Source: an uncultured Polyangiaceae bacterium (GTDB taxonomy: Bacteria; Myxococcota_A; Polyangia; Polyangiales; Polyangiaceae). Taken from it: DNA of 64,000 bases. The stretch's first letter is position 1, and each line of letters begins with the position of its first letter. This document shows, piece after piece, positions 28,812-37,379 of this stretch. Below the pieces are notes generated by a model. The model worked only from the letters and a program-made list of their open reading frames with translations, was not told where the DNA came from and did not search any database. The translations under genes and the position numbers were made by a program. Where the stretch lies: the NCBI GenBank assembly GCA_964396375.1, contig CAYNEY010000018.1, positions 38,979 through 102,978 of the forward strand, given 5' to 3'.

Positions 28812-28994
28812 CTAGAGCGTCTTTCCCAGAGATGGAACATCTCGACGAAAGTCGCTCTAGGTATTCGCGAAAGCGAATACGGGATGAATTGACGAACAGA
28901 GCGAGTCATAAGGGGCAGGTGCCCCACCTTGGGAAAGATAGAGCGCATTGGCGAAGCCAATCAATGGCGGTCCACGCCATTGAAGAGCGCTCTA
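28812..28994. other. cluster of near-perfect stem-loops sharing TAGAGCG/CGCTCTA termini (candidate structured RNA or palindromic repeat units)
   Basis: 28812..28860 is CTAGAGCG-t-CTTTC-cca-GAGATG-gaa-CATCTC-gac-GAAAG-t-CGCTCTAG, giving 19 bp. 28861..28880 is GTATTCGC-gaaa-GCGAATAC. 28912..28925 is GGGGCAggTGCCCC. 28939..28994 has an outer stem TAGAGCGC/GCGCTCTA enclosing ATTGGC-gaa-GCCAAT and CAATGGCG-gtcca-CGCCATTG. Confidence 0.45.
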
Positions 28995-29047
28995 AGGTCA
29001 CTCCCTACGTCCATTCCACAGATGCCGAGCCTCCCCGGCGGCCGAGG

Positions 29048-30340
29048 TCAATCATGGACCGCCGGCCATGGCCCGATCGGACAAGTCGCCCTCGCTAGCC
29101 AGTCGTCGAGGAAGGCTGCCCGCGCGACCATGAACTCGTGCCTCGCCGCGATGGTATCTCGGTGGTCCTGGTCCGAGAAGGTCTTGTTCGGGTCCTCGGC
29201 AACCGCCTGCCCGACTTGCACGGCATAGCGTTCGAGTTCCGTCGACAAGAAGCGGACGTCGTAGGCCGCGCGAGCTGCCGCAAGTTCCGCCAAGAACCGG
29301 GCACACCAGGTTTCGTCTGAGAGCACCACCTCGAAGAGCCGTTCGCGGCCCCAATCGGGGTTCTGATAGAAGAAGGGATCTGCCTCCACGATCTCGGGTT
29401 GGATCCCCACGTCAACTTCTGTTCGCTCCGCGTCCATCACGCCCACACGCATGGCAAAGTCCATGTCGTAGGGGAGCCACGTGAAGCCACGAGTCGGATG
29501 ATCGTACAAGAAGTAGTTGATCTCGACCCCTGCCCAGTAGCTATCCGGATCCGGCAGCACGGCGGTGTGCGCCCAGATCTGGATAGCTTGCTCGAGATCC
29601 GTCAAATCTTCTATGCTCGGCAGATCGCGCGCCTCGGCGGCAGCGAAGAGCGCATCCCTCCGGCTCACGTCGCCGAGCGCCTCATTGGTGCGAAGCTCAA
29701 CGCCACCATCGTAGAGATTACCATCGGCCTCGGCGCCAGAAAAGTGCCGCTGTAGGTACTCCTTATCGATACGCTCGACATTGGCGTAGAGCCCATAGTA
29801 CTGACCATTGAGATACAGTCGTGCATTGTTCACGCAGGAGTACTGGGTCTGCGCGTGCTCCAGAAACGCGAACGCCAGCCGCTCTCCCAACACCGAAGGG
29901 TCGTACCAGGGTGCGTCAAGGACGATCTTCCGCAGTCCGTGGAAGCGCCCCTCGGGATCGAGCTCATTGAAGGAGATCAAGAACTGCTTCTTCTCGCAGC
30001 GCCAAGACCAGTTCCCCTTCAGCCGCACCATCACCTGCGCGGTCTCACCCTCGTAACTGAAGGTCGCTGGATGGTATACTTTGCCGCCATCGTTGGGGCC
30101 AAGATCGCACTCCGCTTCCATGGCCGTGAGCTCCGCGGGGTCGATCTCGAGTCGAAACTCCACCAGCCGTTGTGGGTCGTAGAGATCAGCGCACGGTTTG
30201 GGATAATCCGTTGGCTGGGTGGCTCCCCTTCCCCCTTGTGCCCCTTCGGTGGAGGAGTCACCCTGGCCGTTTTCCTCTGAACCGCAACCAGTCGCGAAGA
30301 CGAGCCATCCGACCACCAGGTATCCACGACGGGGCTTCAT
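29048..30340 (-). CDS. CotH-family (atypical kinase fold) lipoprotein
   Basis: Lipobox LVFATGC. The sequence is collinear with my recollection of B. subtilis CotH blocks: KKQFLISFNE, LRKIVLDAPWYDPSVLGERLAFAFL, LNGQYYGLYANVERIDKEYLQRHF, NYFLYDHP...WLPYDMDFA. Confidence 0.8.
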   Translation of the reverse strand: MKPRRGYLVVGWLVFATGCGSEENGQGDSSTEGAQGGRGATQPTDYPKPCADLYDPQRLVEFRLEIDPAELTAMEAECDLGPNDGGKVYHPATFSYEGETAQVMVRLKGNWSWRCEKKQFLISFNELDPEGRFHGLRKIVLDAPWYDPSVLGERLAFAFLEHAQTQYSCVNNARLYLNGQYYGLYANVERIDKEYLQRHFSGAEADGNLYDGGVELRTNEALGDVSRRDALFAAAEARDLPSIEDLTDLEQAIQIWAHTAVLPDPDSYWAGVEINYFLYDHPTRGFTWLPYDMDFAMRVGVMDAERTEVDVGIQPEIVEADPFFYQNPDWGRERLFEVVLSDETWCARFLAELAAARAAYDVRFLSTELERYAVQVGQAVAEDPNKTFSDQDHRDTIAARHEFMVARAAFLDDWLARATCPIGPWPAVHD

Positions 30341-30485
30341 CCGCCGACCTTAGCATTTCGGACCTTTTGCAACTCCTGTGACGGAAATCGGCAGGAAAGG
30401 GAGACGACCCCCCTCATCTCCGCAGCCCGAACCACGTCAACTCTGGGAAGCCGGCCGCCGAGAGCTCTCGGCCGTACTCATCACC

Positions 30486-31394
30486 TCAACCACGGGAACC
30501 AAAGTCAGCGATCACGTTGGTGCCAGGCTGCACCATGCTGAGTTCGGCTGCCGTGTTCTGGAGCAGTGCCTGGGTCTCGAGCACCTCGAACAGCGCTTCA
30601 GCGATAGTGGCACTCTGGGTGATTTGGGTGAGCGCGCGTCCCACGATCCGGGGTCGAGTGGCTGCGGCCTTGGCAAACTCGACCGAGGCCTCTCGCTCCG
30701 CTGCGGAGCGGATCACGTTCACTCGATTCGCTCCCTCTTGCTGAATAGCCGCGGTCACCTGCCGGAGCCGATTGACCACCTTCTGCTCGATCTGCGAGAT
30801 CATCCCATGATCGCGGAAGTGCACCTTCCGGATGTAGATGCTGCCCACCTGATAGCCCCACTCCTGGGACTTGGTGGTAACCTCCTGACGCACCACGCGG
30901 CTCATGGCGTGTCGGTCTTCCAGCATGTCGCCGAGCTTCATGTTCGACAGACAACGCACAGTAGCGTTCGAAATATTGGCGCGAAGCGAGCCTGCTGGAT
31001 CCGTATTCTTGTAGAGGTAGGAGAGCGGGTCAGAGACCACCATCTCACACCACACCCCAATCCCCATCGGGGCGCCTTCCTCCGAGTTGACCGGCTGACT
31101 GCGCAGGTAGGTCTGGTCGACCCGCAGATCGACGATGAACTTCTTGCCGAAGAGCGGGAGCAGCATCGCAAATGGCCCCATCGAGAGCCAGGGGCAGTGG
31201 ATGCCGGGCTCGGTGATGACCTGACGAACCTTCCCGAACAGCTCGAAGACCACGCACTGACGCTCCCGAACCACCACATAGAGCGCGAACCAACGAGCGA
31301 AGGCCAGGACGATCGGCACGGCAATGAAGCTGGCGATGAAACTGGCAACAGTGCTGGTAACCAGTGCGGCAAGATCGAGAGCTAATTCAGTCAT
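30486..31394 (-). CDS. SPFH/band-7 (stomatin/HflC-like) membrane protein
   Basis: N-terminal helix, then an SPFH core (VRERQCVVFELFGKV...PGIHCPW...VDLRVDQ...DPLSYLY) and a coiled-coil tail. The start overlaps the upstream SPFH gene stop by 4 nt. Confidence 0.85.
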   Translation of the reverse strand: MTELALDLAALVTSTVASFIASFIAVPIVLAFARWFALYVVVRERQCVVFELFGKVRQVITEPGIHCPWLSMGPFAMLLPLFGKKFIVDLRVDQTYLRSQPVNSEEGAPMGIGVWCEMVVSDPLSYLYKNTDPAGSLRANISNATVRCLSNMKLGDMLEDRHAMSRVVRQEVTTKSQEWGYQVGSIYIRKVHFRDHGMISQIEQKVVNRLRQVTAAIQQEGANRVNVIRSAAEREASVEFAKAAATRPRIVGRALTQITQSATIAEALFEVLETQALLQNTAAELSMVQPGTNVIADFGSRG

Positions 31395-32407
31395 GACACC
31401 CTCCCGATCTCGGTCCGTCCGCTCGCCAAGAGGGCTTGGCGCACTCGTCGGAACAACCCGAGCTTGGTATTGCGCACGTAAGCAGCGAGCGCCTGTGGGC
31501 CACCGGTACCAGCCAGTTCGCGCAACTGCTCGGCGAGGGCCAGGAGCGGCTCAACCTCAGCCTGAGCGTTCAAGGTCTCGATCTCGACGGCGCGTTTCGA
31601 CTGCACGACGCGCTGATCGGCGGCGGCCTGCGCCAGACTGATCTCGCTCGAGACATGGTTGTGTGCCGTGTTGATCGCCGCCAGCGCCGAGTCCACCTCG
31701 GGCGGAGGATCGATCCCGGTGATCAAGGCTGCGTCCAGACGGATCCCGTAGCGTGGCGCGGCCGCAGCGCATTGCTCGTCCATGCTCTCGTTGAGATCGC
31801 GCAGATTCTTGCGCAGGTCATTGATGGAGATCCCTTGGATTTCCCCCGACACCTCGGGAATCGCCGTCTCACCATCGATAACCGGACCCTTCGGAGCCTC
31901 GAAGTTGGCGATCCGATCGCGCAGAATCGACACGAAGTAACCCATGACATGGGCAACCGGGTTCTTCACGCCGAACAGGTACGCGTACAGGTTGCGCTCG
32001 TTGACAGTGAAGCGCAGCTGCCCGCTGAGTCCGGTGTTGAGCTGGTCCTTGGTCACCGCTTCCAGGATCTGCCCCCCCGCATTCGCACCCGGATCCTCTG
32101 GATCGTAGGCGATCGATACCGTACAGGTCGCGATGGAGGCGCGATGCAGCGACTGCCACGGCAGTTTCCAATAGAAGCCAGGACCGATCACCTTGACCTG
32201 CGGATAAACGTAACGCTCCCGCTCTTCGGGGGTCAGCGTGTCCGCCACCGGGTCATTCAGGGTGGTCGCATTGCCCAGGCGCTGCGCTCGACCAAAGGTA
32301 CAGAGCACAGCCCGCTCGTTCGGACCGATGGTGTAGAAGCCACCGATGCCGTACCGCGCAAAAAACCACAGCACGAACCCCACCATCATGCCGATCAGAA
32401 GTTCCAT
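31391..32407 (-). CDS. SPFH/band-7 (HflK-like) membrane protein
   Basis: N-terminal helix MELLIGMMVGFVLWFFA, SPFH core (IGPNERAVLCTFGR...GPGFYWKLPWQS...NLYAYLFGV), then PPPEVDSALAAINTA and a coiled coil. Confidence 0.85.
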   Translation of the reverse strand: MELLIGMMVGFVLWFFARYGIGGFYTIGPNERAVLCTFGRAQRLGNATTLNDPVADTLTPEERERYVYPQVKVIGPGFYWKLPWQSLHRASIATCTVSIAYDPEDPGANAGGQILEAVTKDQLNTGLSGQLRFTVNERNLYAYLFGVKNPVAHVMGYFVSILRDRIANFEAPKGPVIDGETAIPEVSGEIQGISINDLRKNLRDLNESMDEQCAAAAPRYGIRLDAALITGIDPPPEVDSALAAINTAHNHVSSEISLAQAAADQRVVQSKRAVEIETLNAQAEVEPLLALAEQLRELAGTGGPQALAAYVRNTKLGLFRRVRQALLASGRTEIGRVS

Positions 32408-32466
32408 CCGGGCATGCTAGCGGTTGGCGAGGAACACCGGAAGAGCTGGTCACCCGTACAGGGTGA

Positions 32467-33549
32467 TTATTCCAATCGGCCCGTGTGGTCTCGGGGGCTG
32501 CGTGCCTCCCCGGTTACCCCCCGAGGCAGAGCCGGGAGCAGCTGGCCTGCCTCCAGTGCCACCAGCCCCTCGAGAAATTGCCGAAGGGAGTACCAGCTAA
32601 CCTCGACAATCCCTGTCAACTCCGTGGGTTCCGGGCTTTTCTCGCCAGCCACCTCCACGGTGAGCGCGAGGGTGCCGTGGACCGCATAGGCGTAGTCGAT
32701 GTACTCACCATACGAGATGTAGTCCTCGGCCGACTGCAGAGCCGTGGTGGTACCGAGGCCCACGGCAACCCGGCCCGCCAAGCTGCCAAAGACCCTATCA
32801 TCCGCGGTCGGTTCGGTGGTGTGACAATAGGGCCAAAGCACACCAACCATTCCCGAGTGGAAGGCGAGAGCGGCATACACCCCCTCAGTGATCGAGAGTT
32901 CGCGCACCGCCTGCGTCTCAGGCGCCGAAAAGGCCTCGGTGCTTCGTCCCGGATAGTCGTAGTCACGGTTGAGATCGAGCCCGTTGCAATCAGCGCGGGT
33001 GCCGGCAGCCAGACCATCGGGGTTGACTACGGGCATGAATAGAAAGCGATACTGGGTCAGAGCGTCGAGCACTTCCGGCTCTTGGCTGCGCAACAGCCCG
33101 TCGATAGCTCCCAGGACTACCTCGGCCGAGGCGGGCTCATCGCCGTGATGCGCACCGTTCAAGAAGACAGATTTGGGGTGGTCGGTGCAGGTGAAGTCCA
33201 CCGTGAGCACATCCAAGTTGCGTCCTTGAGAGGAAGTGCCGAGGACGCGATGGGTTACGAACTCGGGCAAGGTGCTCGCAACCCGAGCGAGGTACTCCGT
33301 GATCTCGGAGCCACCGTGATAATGCGAGAACTCGAGGGGAGGGAGACGCTCGACCAAATCCGGTGCGGGACCGGGGCACAACGGCTGTTCTTGACCTCTG
33401 CCCCCACCCCCAGCTTCACTCGAGCCATCCTCACCATGCTCGACTCTCGACGTGCCACAGCCACCAAGCCAGACCAGCACAAGCCCCCACCACAGCGATC
33501 GGTACGGTCTCACCCCCTCATCCTTCCACGAGCTGCGCTCTCGGGCCAA
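32467..33549 (-). CDS. M14 zinc carboxypeptidase lipoprotein
   Basis: Lipobox WLGGCG. Zinc ligands are in GAHHGDEPAS (HxxE), with NPDG...NRDY and ALAFHSG as in peptidase M14. Confidence 0.85.
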   Translation of the reverse strand: MARERSSWKDEGVRPYRSLWWGLVLVWLGGCGTSRVEHGEDGSSEAGGGGRGQEQPLCPGPAPDLVERLPPLEFSHYHGGSEITEYLARVASTLPEFVTHRVLGTSSQGRNLDVLTVDFTCTDHPKSVFLNGAHHGDEPASAEVVLGAIDGLLRSQEPEVLDALTQYRFLFMPVVNPDGLAAGTRADCNGLDLNRDYDYPGRSTEAFSAPETQAVRELSITEGVYAALAFHSGMVGVLWPYCHTTEPTADDRVFGSLAGRVAVGLGTTTALQSAEDYISYGEYIDYAYAVHGTLALTVEVAGEKSPEPTELTGIVEVSWYSLRQFLEGLVALEAGQLLPALPRGVTGEARSPRDHTGRLE

Positions 33550-33620
33550 GACGGACCTTTGCCAGCGGTTTCAGCTGGCTACCTTGCGCACGGGACACCT
33601 GTGATACACTCCGCGCGCGC

Positions 33621-34205
33621 ATGACGGCCGCCCGTGAAGCCACCATCGAGACACACTCCGCGACGTCCTGGTGGCCGGCGTTGTCCCGGGCCTTCCTGGG
33701 CGCGGGGGTACTCGTTGCCCTGGGGATGGCACTGGGCCTTGCCATCAATGCCCTGCGAGCAAAGCCGCTTTCGCTCGCAGCCTACCACCCCGTCGGAGTC
33801 TGCTCGGCGGGTCTGGTCGAAGAGCCCATCGGGCTGGTGACACCAAGTGAAGTCGCGAGTTTGTGCGCCGAGAGCGGCGTGTTGGTCGTGGACGTGCGCT
33901 CCGCCGAGAAGTACGCCGAGGGCCATGTGACCGGAGCACTCCACCTGCCTTGCACCGCCTCCCCGGAGGCGGCCATGATGGCAGATTCGGTCCTCGAGGG
34001 GAAGCGCACGATCATCGTCTACGGCGAGACCAACGAACAGGCGAAGTCCGTCGCCGAGACTCTGGCGGTGAGAGCCCCTGGGCGCTCTCTTATGACACGC
34101 ATCTTGGACGGGGGCTTCGCGGCCTGGTCAGCGGCAAGCCTCGCCTGCAGCTCGGGCCCCTGCGAAGCTTGTGACGCGCTCCAGTCGAAAGAACACCGCA
34201 GATGA
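33621..34205 (+). CDS. membrane-anchored rhodanese-homology domain protein lacking the canonical active-site Cys
   Basis: The ATG at 33621 gives an N-terminal helix FLGAGVLVALGMALGLAI. Rhodanese blocks follow: VVDVRSAEKYAEGHVTGALHLP, IIVYGETNEQAKS, ILDGGFAAWS. The usual CxxxxxR loop is replaced by GETNEQA. The tail is Cys-rich (CSSGPCEAC). Confidence 0.75.
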   Translation: MTAAREATIETHSATSWWPALSRAFLGAGVLVALGMALGLAINALRAKPLSLAAYHPVGVCSAGLVEEPIGLVTPSEVASLCAESGVLVVDVRSAEKYAEGHVTGALHLPCTASPEAAMMADSVLEGKRTIIVYGETNEQAKSVAETLAVRAPGRSLMTRILDGGFAAWSAASLACSSGPCEACDALQSKEHRR

Positions 34206-34693
34206 GGCGACGACTCCGCCTTCGAGTTCTGGTCGCCTGGGTGCTCCGCCTGCTCCTCACAGGAGTGCTGCTCGCCGCGGCGCTCCCCAAGCTGAAAGAC
34301 ACCGTGACGTTTCTCGAGCAGACCGCCAACTACGACCTCTGGGTAAGCATCGCGCCTTTCGTCGCGGTCACCCTCCCCTCCGTGGAGCTGGTTGCGGCGC
34401 TGGCCCTCCTGTTCGGTCCGCGCTCGCTGCGACTCGGTGCGACCGCGCTCACCATGGGTTTGATGGCTCTGTTCGTGGTCGTGGTCGGGAGCGCCTACGC
34501 TCGAGGCCTGGACGCAGAGTGTGGGTGCTTCGGCGCAAACAGCGAACGGATCGGACCACGTAAGTTGCTCGAGAATCTCGGGTTGCTGGCCGCGGCAATC
34601 CAGCTCTTGCTGCTGGAACTCGGGGACTTCGCCCGCTCGCGAACACCACAACCCGCCACCTCGACACCCACCTCCGACGTGAGCGCCACGTGA
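34202..34693 (+). CDS. MauE/DoxX family membrane protein
   Basis: Four helices and the family-typical ECGCFG motif. The ATG overlaps the upstream stop as ATGA. Confidence 0.75.
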   Translation: MRRRLRLRVLVAWVLRLLLTGVLLAAALPKLKDTVTFLEQTANYDLWVSIAPFVAVTLPSVELVAALALLFGPRSLRLGATALTMGLMALFVVVVGSAYARGLDAECGCFGANSERIGPRKLLENLGLLAAAIQLLLLELGDFARSRTPQPATSTPTSDVSAT

Positions 34694-35469
34694 ACCTTCG
34701 GGCGGCAGCATGCGCGCTTCTAGTTCATCTTCTGCCTTCCACACCCGGGCGAGCAGCGGAGCCTGAGGGGGATCCGGTGCGTTCCGCGACAGTGGGCGGA
34801 ACCGCGGTAGTCGGCATCCTTTCGCTCGGCGCTCTCGACGAGAACTGGGGAGGCAGAACCTGCCGTTGGTGCCGCACGAACACGTGGGATCGCGAAGTGC
34901 GCCAGGCACTCATCTGGTCGGAGCCTCGCACGGCGGCCACCATCTCGGATGGTTTGCTGATTGGGGTCCCTGCCACCAGCATCGCCCTCGGCTTTCTGGT
35001 GGGCCGAAGGCGTGACGACGCTCAAGGACTCACGGATGCGCTGGTCGTGGCCGAGTCAGCGGCGGTCGCCACCGTTGGGACCATGGTGGTCAAACTCGCG
35101 GTGGCGCGTCAGCGACCCTACGCTGCCTATCAAACTCGCGCCTATCCGTCGAGCTTGGATCAGAATCGGTCATTTTGGTCCGGTCACACATCTCTCACGT
35201 TTTCGGCGGCGGCAGCGGTGTCAACCATCGCAATTCGTCGCGATTCCCCAGCCGCTCCCTGGCTCACCCTGGGCCTTGGACTGGGAGCGGCGAGCACCGG
35301 CGTGCTCCGGATTGCTGCGGACAAACACTGGTGGTCGGACGTGGTGGTCGGCGCCGTGTTCGGAACCATCGTGGGGATCACCGTTCCGTGTCTCGAGCTC
35401 CGATCTGGTTTGGAACCGTCGCGGCTCGCCGTAACTCCCATGCCCCTCGGCGTAGCCGGAGTATTCTAG
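34690..35469 (+). CDS. PAP2 (type 2 phosphatidic acid / undecaprenyl-PP phosphatase family) membrane protein
   Basis: PAP2 motifs KLAVARQRP, SFWSGHTS and RIAADKHWWSDVVVGA. The GTG start overlaps the upstream stop as GTGA. Confidence 0.85.
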   Translation: MNLRAAACALLVHLLPSTPGRAAEPEGDPVRSATVGGTAVVGILSLGALDENWGGRTCRWCRTNTWDREVRQALIWSEPRTAATISDGLLIGVPATSIALGFLVGRRRDDAQGLTDALVVAESAAVATVGTMVVKLAVARQRPYAAYQTRAYPSSLDQNRSFWSGHTSLTFSAAAAVSTIAIRRDSPAAPWLTLGLGLGAASTGVLRIAADKHWWSDVVVGAVFGTIVGITVPCLELRSGLEPSRLAVTPMPLGVAGVF

Positions 35470-35512
35470 GGGTCGGCGGGACGAAGCTCAGAATTCCGAT
35501 TCACCGCTGTCA

Positions 35513-37351
35513 TCAGGCAAAATGGCACGACTGGTAGCCTTGCCCGTCCATCTCGACGTTGCTTGCCGACTCGCTCAACGTCTCGAACAGCTCCTCCACC
35601 GCCTCGCGACGCTCCTCCGGGATCCGTGCCAGGTCACGGCACACCAAAGTGTCGATGCTGACTCGGTAGTCTGGCCGCTCCGGACCGATCAGGTATCCCC
35701 CGACCTCGAGCTCCGGATGCTCCTCGAGAAACTCGAGGAATTGACCGATGGTGGGAGAGTCATTTTGGGCGGTCTCCGGGTGAGCGAAGTGTTCCCGGAC
35801 CAGGCTCTGCAGTACCGCCAAACTGACACCCTCGAACCGCAGATACCCCGATTCATACTCCCGCTCGAGAACGCCGAGGATCCTGCGACGTCCCGCATCG
35901 TCGAGGTTCAAGGCTCGCCCCATCCCCATCAGCGTGCAACCCAAGGCATCCGTGTGAGCATCGAGCTCGGCTGCACCACGTTGCACCAACGCCTGAGCAG
36001 CCGCCAACCGAAGCTCCTCGGCAGGGTGGTCCTCGAATAGCCGAATCAAGACAGCGTCGATCGCGGAGCTTGGCTCGATCGCGAGCAGAAACACCTGGTG
36101 CTCGGCGCGGGTCACCAGCTGGCGGCGCTCGGCGGTGCCGCGCTTCCGGCCCTCGAAGGTCGCCGGCGCGAGTCGGGGATCACTGGAGAGTCCGAGCAGT
36201 TGCTGGCAGCGACCGGGTGCACGACTCGCGCTCACTGCCCGCCGAATCCGGATGGAGTACATCGGATCGCCGCGGTCGTCGTCTGGATCGAGAGCGAGCA
36301 ACCGCTCGAGCGCCCCATCGGTGCCGATGTTGCCGAGGGCCGTGATGGCATAGGCGCGAGCCATCACGCTCGGGTCATCGAGCCACGCGACCACTGCCTG
36401 CTCGAGCTGGTCGGGGACGCACAGCGAGAGCAGCGCTGGAGCAGCCGCTCGCAGGATCGGATCGGGCCTCCGCAGGCCGTCTGCCAACGTCCCAGGGCTT
36501 GGGTAGCGCTCTTCGAGGGGGCAGTGCTCCTCGTCGCGCAGATCAGACTTGCGAAGCAGGTCCTGCAGAAGTTCCGGGCTGACTCGTTGCAACCTTTCCA
36601 AGAGGTCGCGATGGTGCGGCTGCTCCGCTAGCGGCCGGAGCCCCAAGCCTGTGCGCGCCTCACGAAAGGTTGAGTACGAGAGCGACGGCTCGGTGCGCGC
36701 AGCTCCGTAGAAGCTCATGATGCTCATGAATCCTAGGGCAATCCGCTCGTCTTTCTGGAGCAGCTCCTCTGCGGACACCCAAGCCAGCTTCGGCCTGCGA
36801 CCACAGCCCCCATGACCGCAGCCGTGCTCGCCACAGCCGTGTTCACCGTGCTCACCACAACCATGTTCGCCCTGTCCGCAGTCGTGTTCACCGTGCTCAC
36901 CACAGCCAGCCTGCCCATGACCGCAGCCGTGCTCATGCACATCCCCATCTTCGTCGTCACCGAGACGCATCGCCAGCGCGACCCGCTCCTCAGGAACGAA
37001 CCAGGCGAGCTCGCCACGCCCACCCACGCGTTCGAGAAGCCTGAAACTGGTGGCGAGATCCTGGTGAAACGCAACCGTCGCATCGGGCAGCAGAAGCCCG
37101 CGCACGCGACGCCCATCGAAGTCAAAGAAATCGGGACATCCGGTCAGCATCGCGACCGCATCCAGAACCTCGCCGACCGTCGCGCGCTCGAGCGGGCGCT
37201 CACCGGTGAAGATCGGAGCTCCCTCCGGCCACTCGAGATCATCACCTGCATCGAGTCTGAGTGCGCGCCAGGCGCGCGAGGCGGTTTCATCGATGTTCAC
37301 GTGCCCGACGATGGCGACGAGGATCATGGGGCACAGCGGAGCATGGACCAC
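35513..37351 (-). CDS. HEAT-repeat protein with an internal His/Cys/Gly/Glu-rich cassette
   Basis: 612-aa ORF. Residues ~139-183 read HEHGCGHGQAGCGEHGEHDCGQGEHGCGEHGEHGCGEHGCGHGGCG. HEAT-like repeats occur later (LDDPSVMARAYAITALGNIG, HPAEELRLAAAQALV). Confidence 0.7.
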   Translation of the reverse strand: MVHAPLCPMILVAIVGHVNIDETASRAWRALRLDAGDDLEWPEGAPIFTGERPLERATVGEVLDAVAMLTGCPDFFDFDGRRVRGLLLPDATVAFHQDLATSFRLLERVGGRGELAWFVPEERVALAMRLGDDEDGDVHEHGCGHGQAGCGEHGEHDCGQGEHGCGEHGEHGCGEHGCGHGGCGRRPKLAWVSAEELLQKDERIALGFMSIMSFYGAARTEPSLSYSTFREARTGLGLRPLAEQPHHRDLLERLQRVSPELLQDLLRKSDLRDEEHCPLEERYPSPGTLADGLRRPDPILRAAAPALLSLCVPDQLEQAVVAWLDDPSVMARAYAITALGNIGTDGALERLLALDPDDDRGDPMYSIRIRRAVSASRAPGRCQQLLGLSSDPRLAPATFEGRKRGTAERRQLVTRAEHQVFLLAIEPSSAIDAVLIRLFEDHPAEELRLAAAQALVQRGAAELDAHTDALGCTLMGMGRALNLDDAGRRRILGVLEREYESGYLRFEGVSLAVLQSLVREHFAHPETAQNDSPTIGQFLEFLEEHPELEVGGYLIGPERPDYRVSIDTLVCRDLARIPEERREAVEELFETLSESASNVEMDGQGYQSCHFA

Positions 37352-37379
37352 CGGTCCGCGCCAGTGCTAGCGTAAAAAC

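Noticed and set aside
28580-28960. 127-codon N-terminal extension of the fba ORF (the track start at 28960)
   Set aside because: The extension is Arg/Pro-rich (RRRRAGNG...RRRAPPPFRRRVPPPRFP) and covers the hairpin cluster. The aldolase homology begins exactly at the internal ATG (28579, MAISYKQLG).
30378-32689. 335-aa and 417-aa plus-strand ORFs (30378..31385 and 31436..32689)
   Set aside because: Both are antisense shadows of the two SPFH genes and the M14 gene 3' end.
36803-36937. Nucleotide repeats in the His/Cys-rich region as a possible CRISPR or VNTR array
   Set aside because: The repeats are short, imperfect, in-frame and lie inside a continuous 612-codon ORF. They have no spacer/repeat periodicity and no cas genes.
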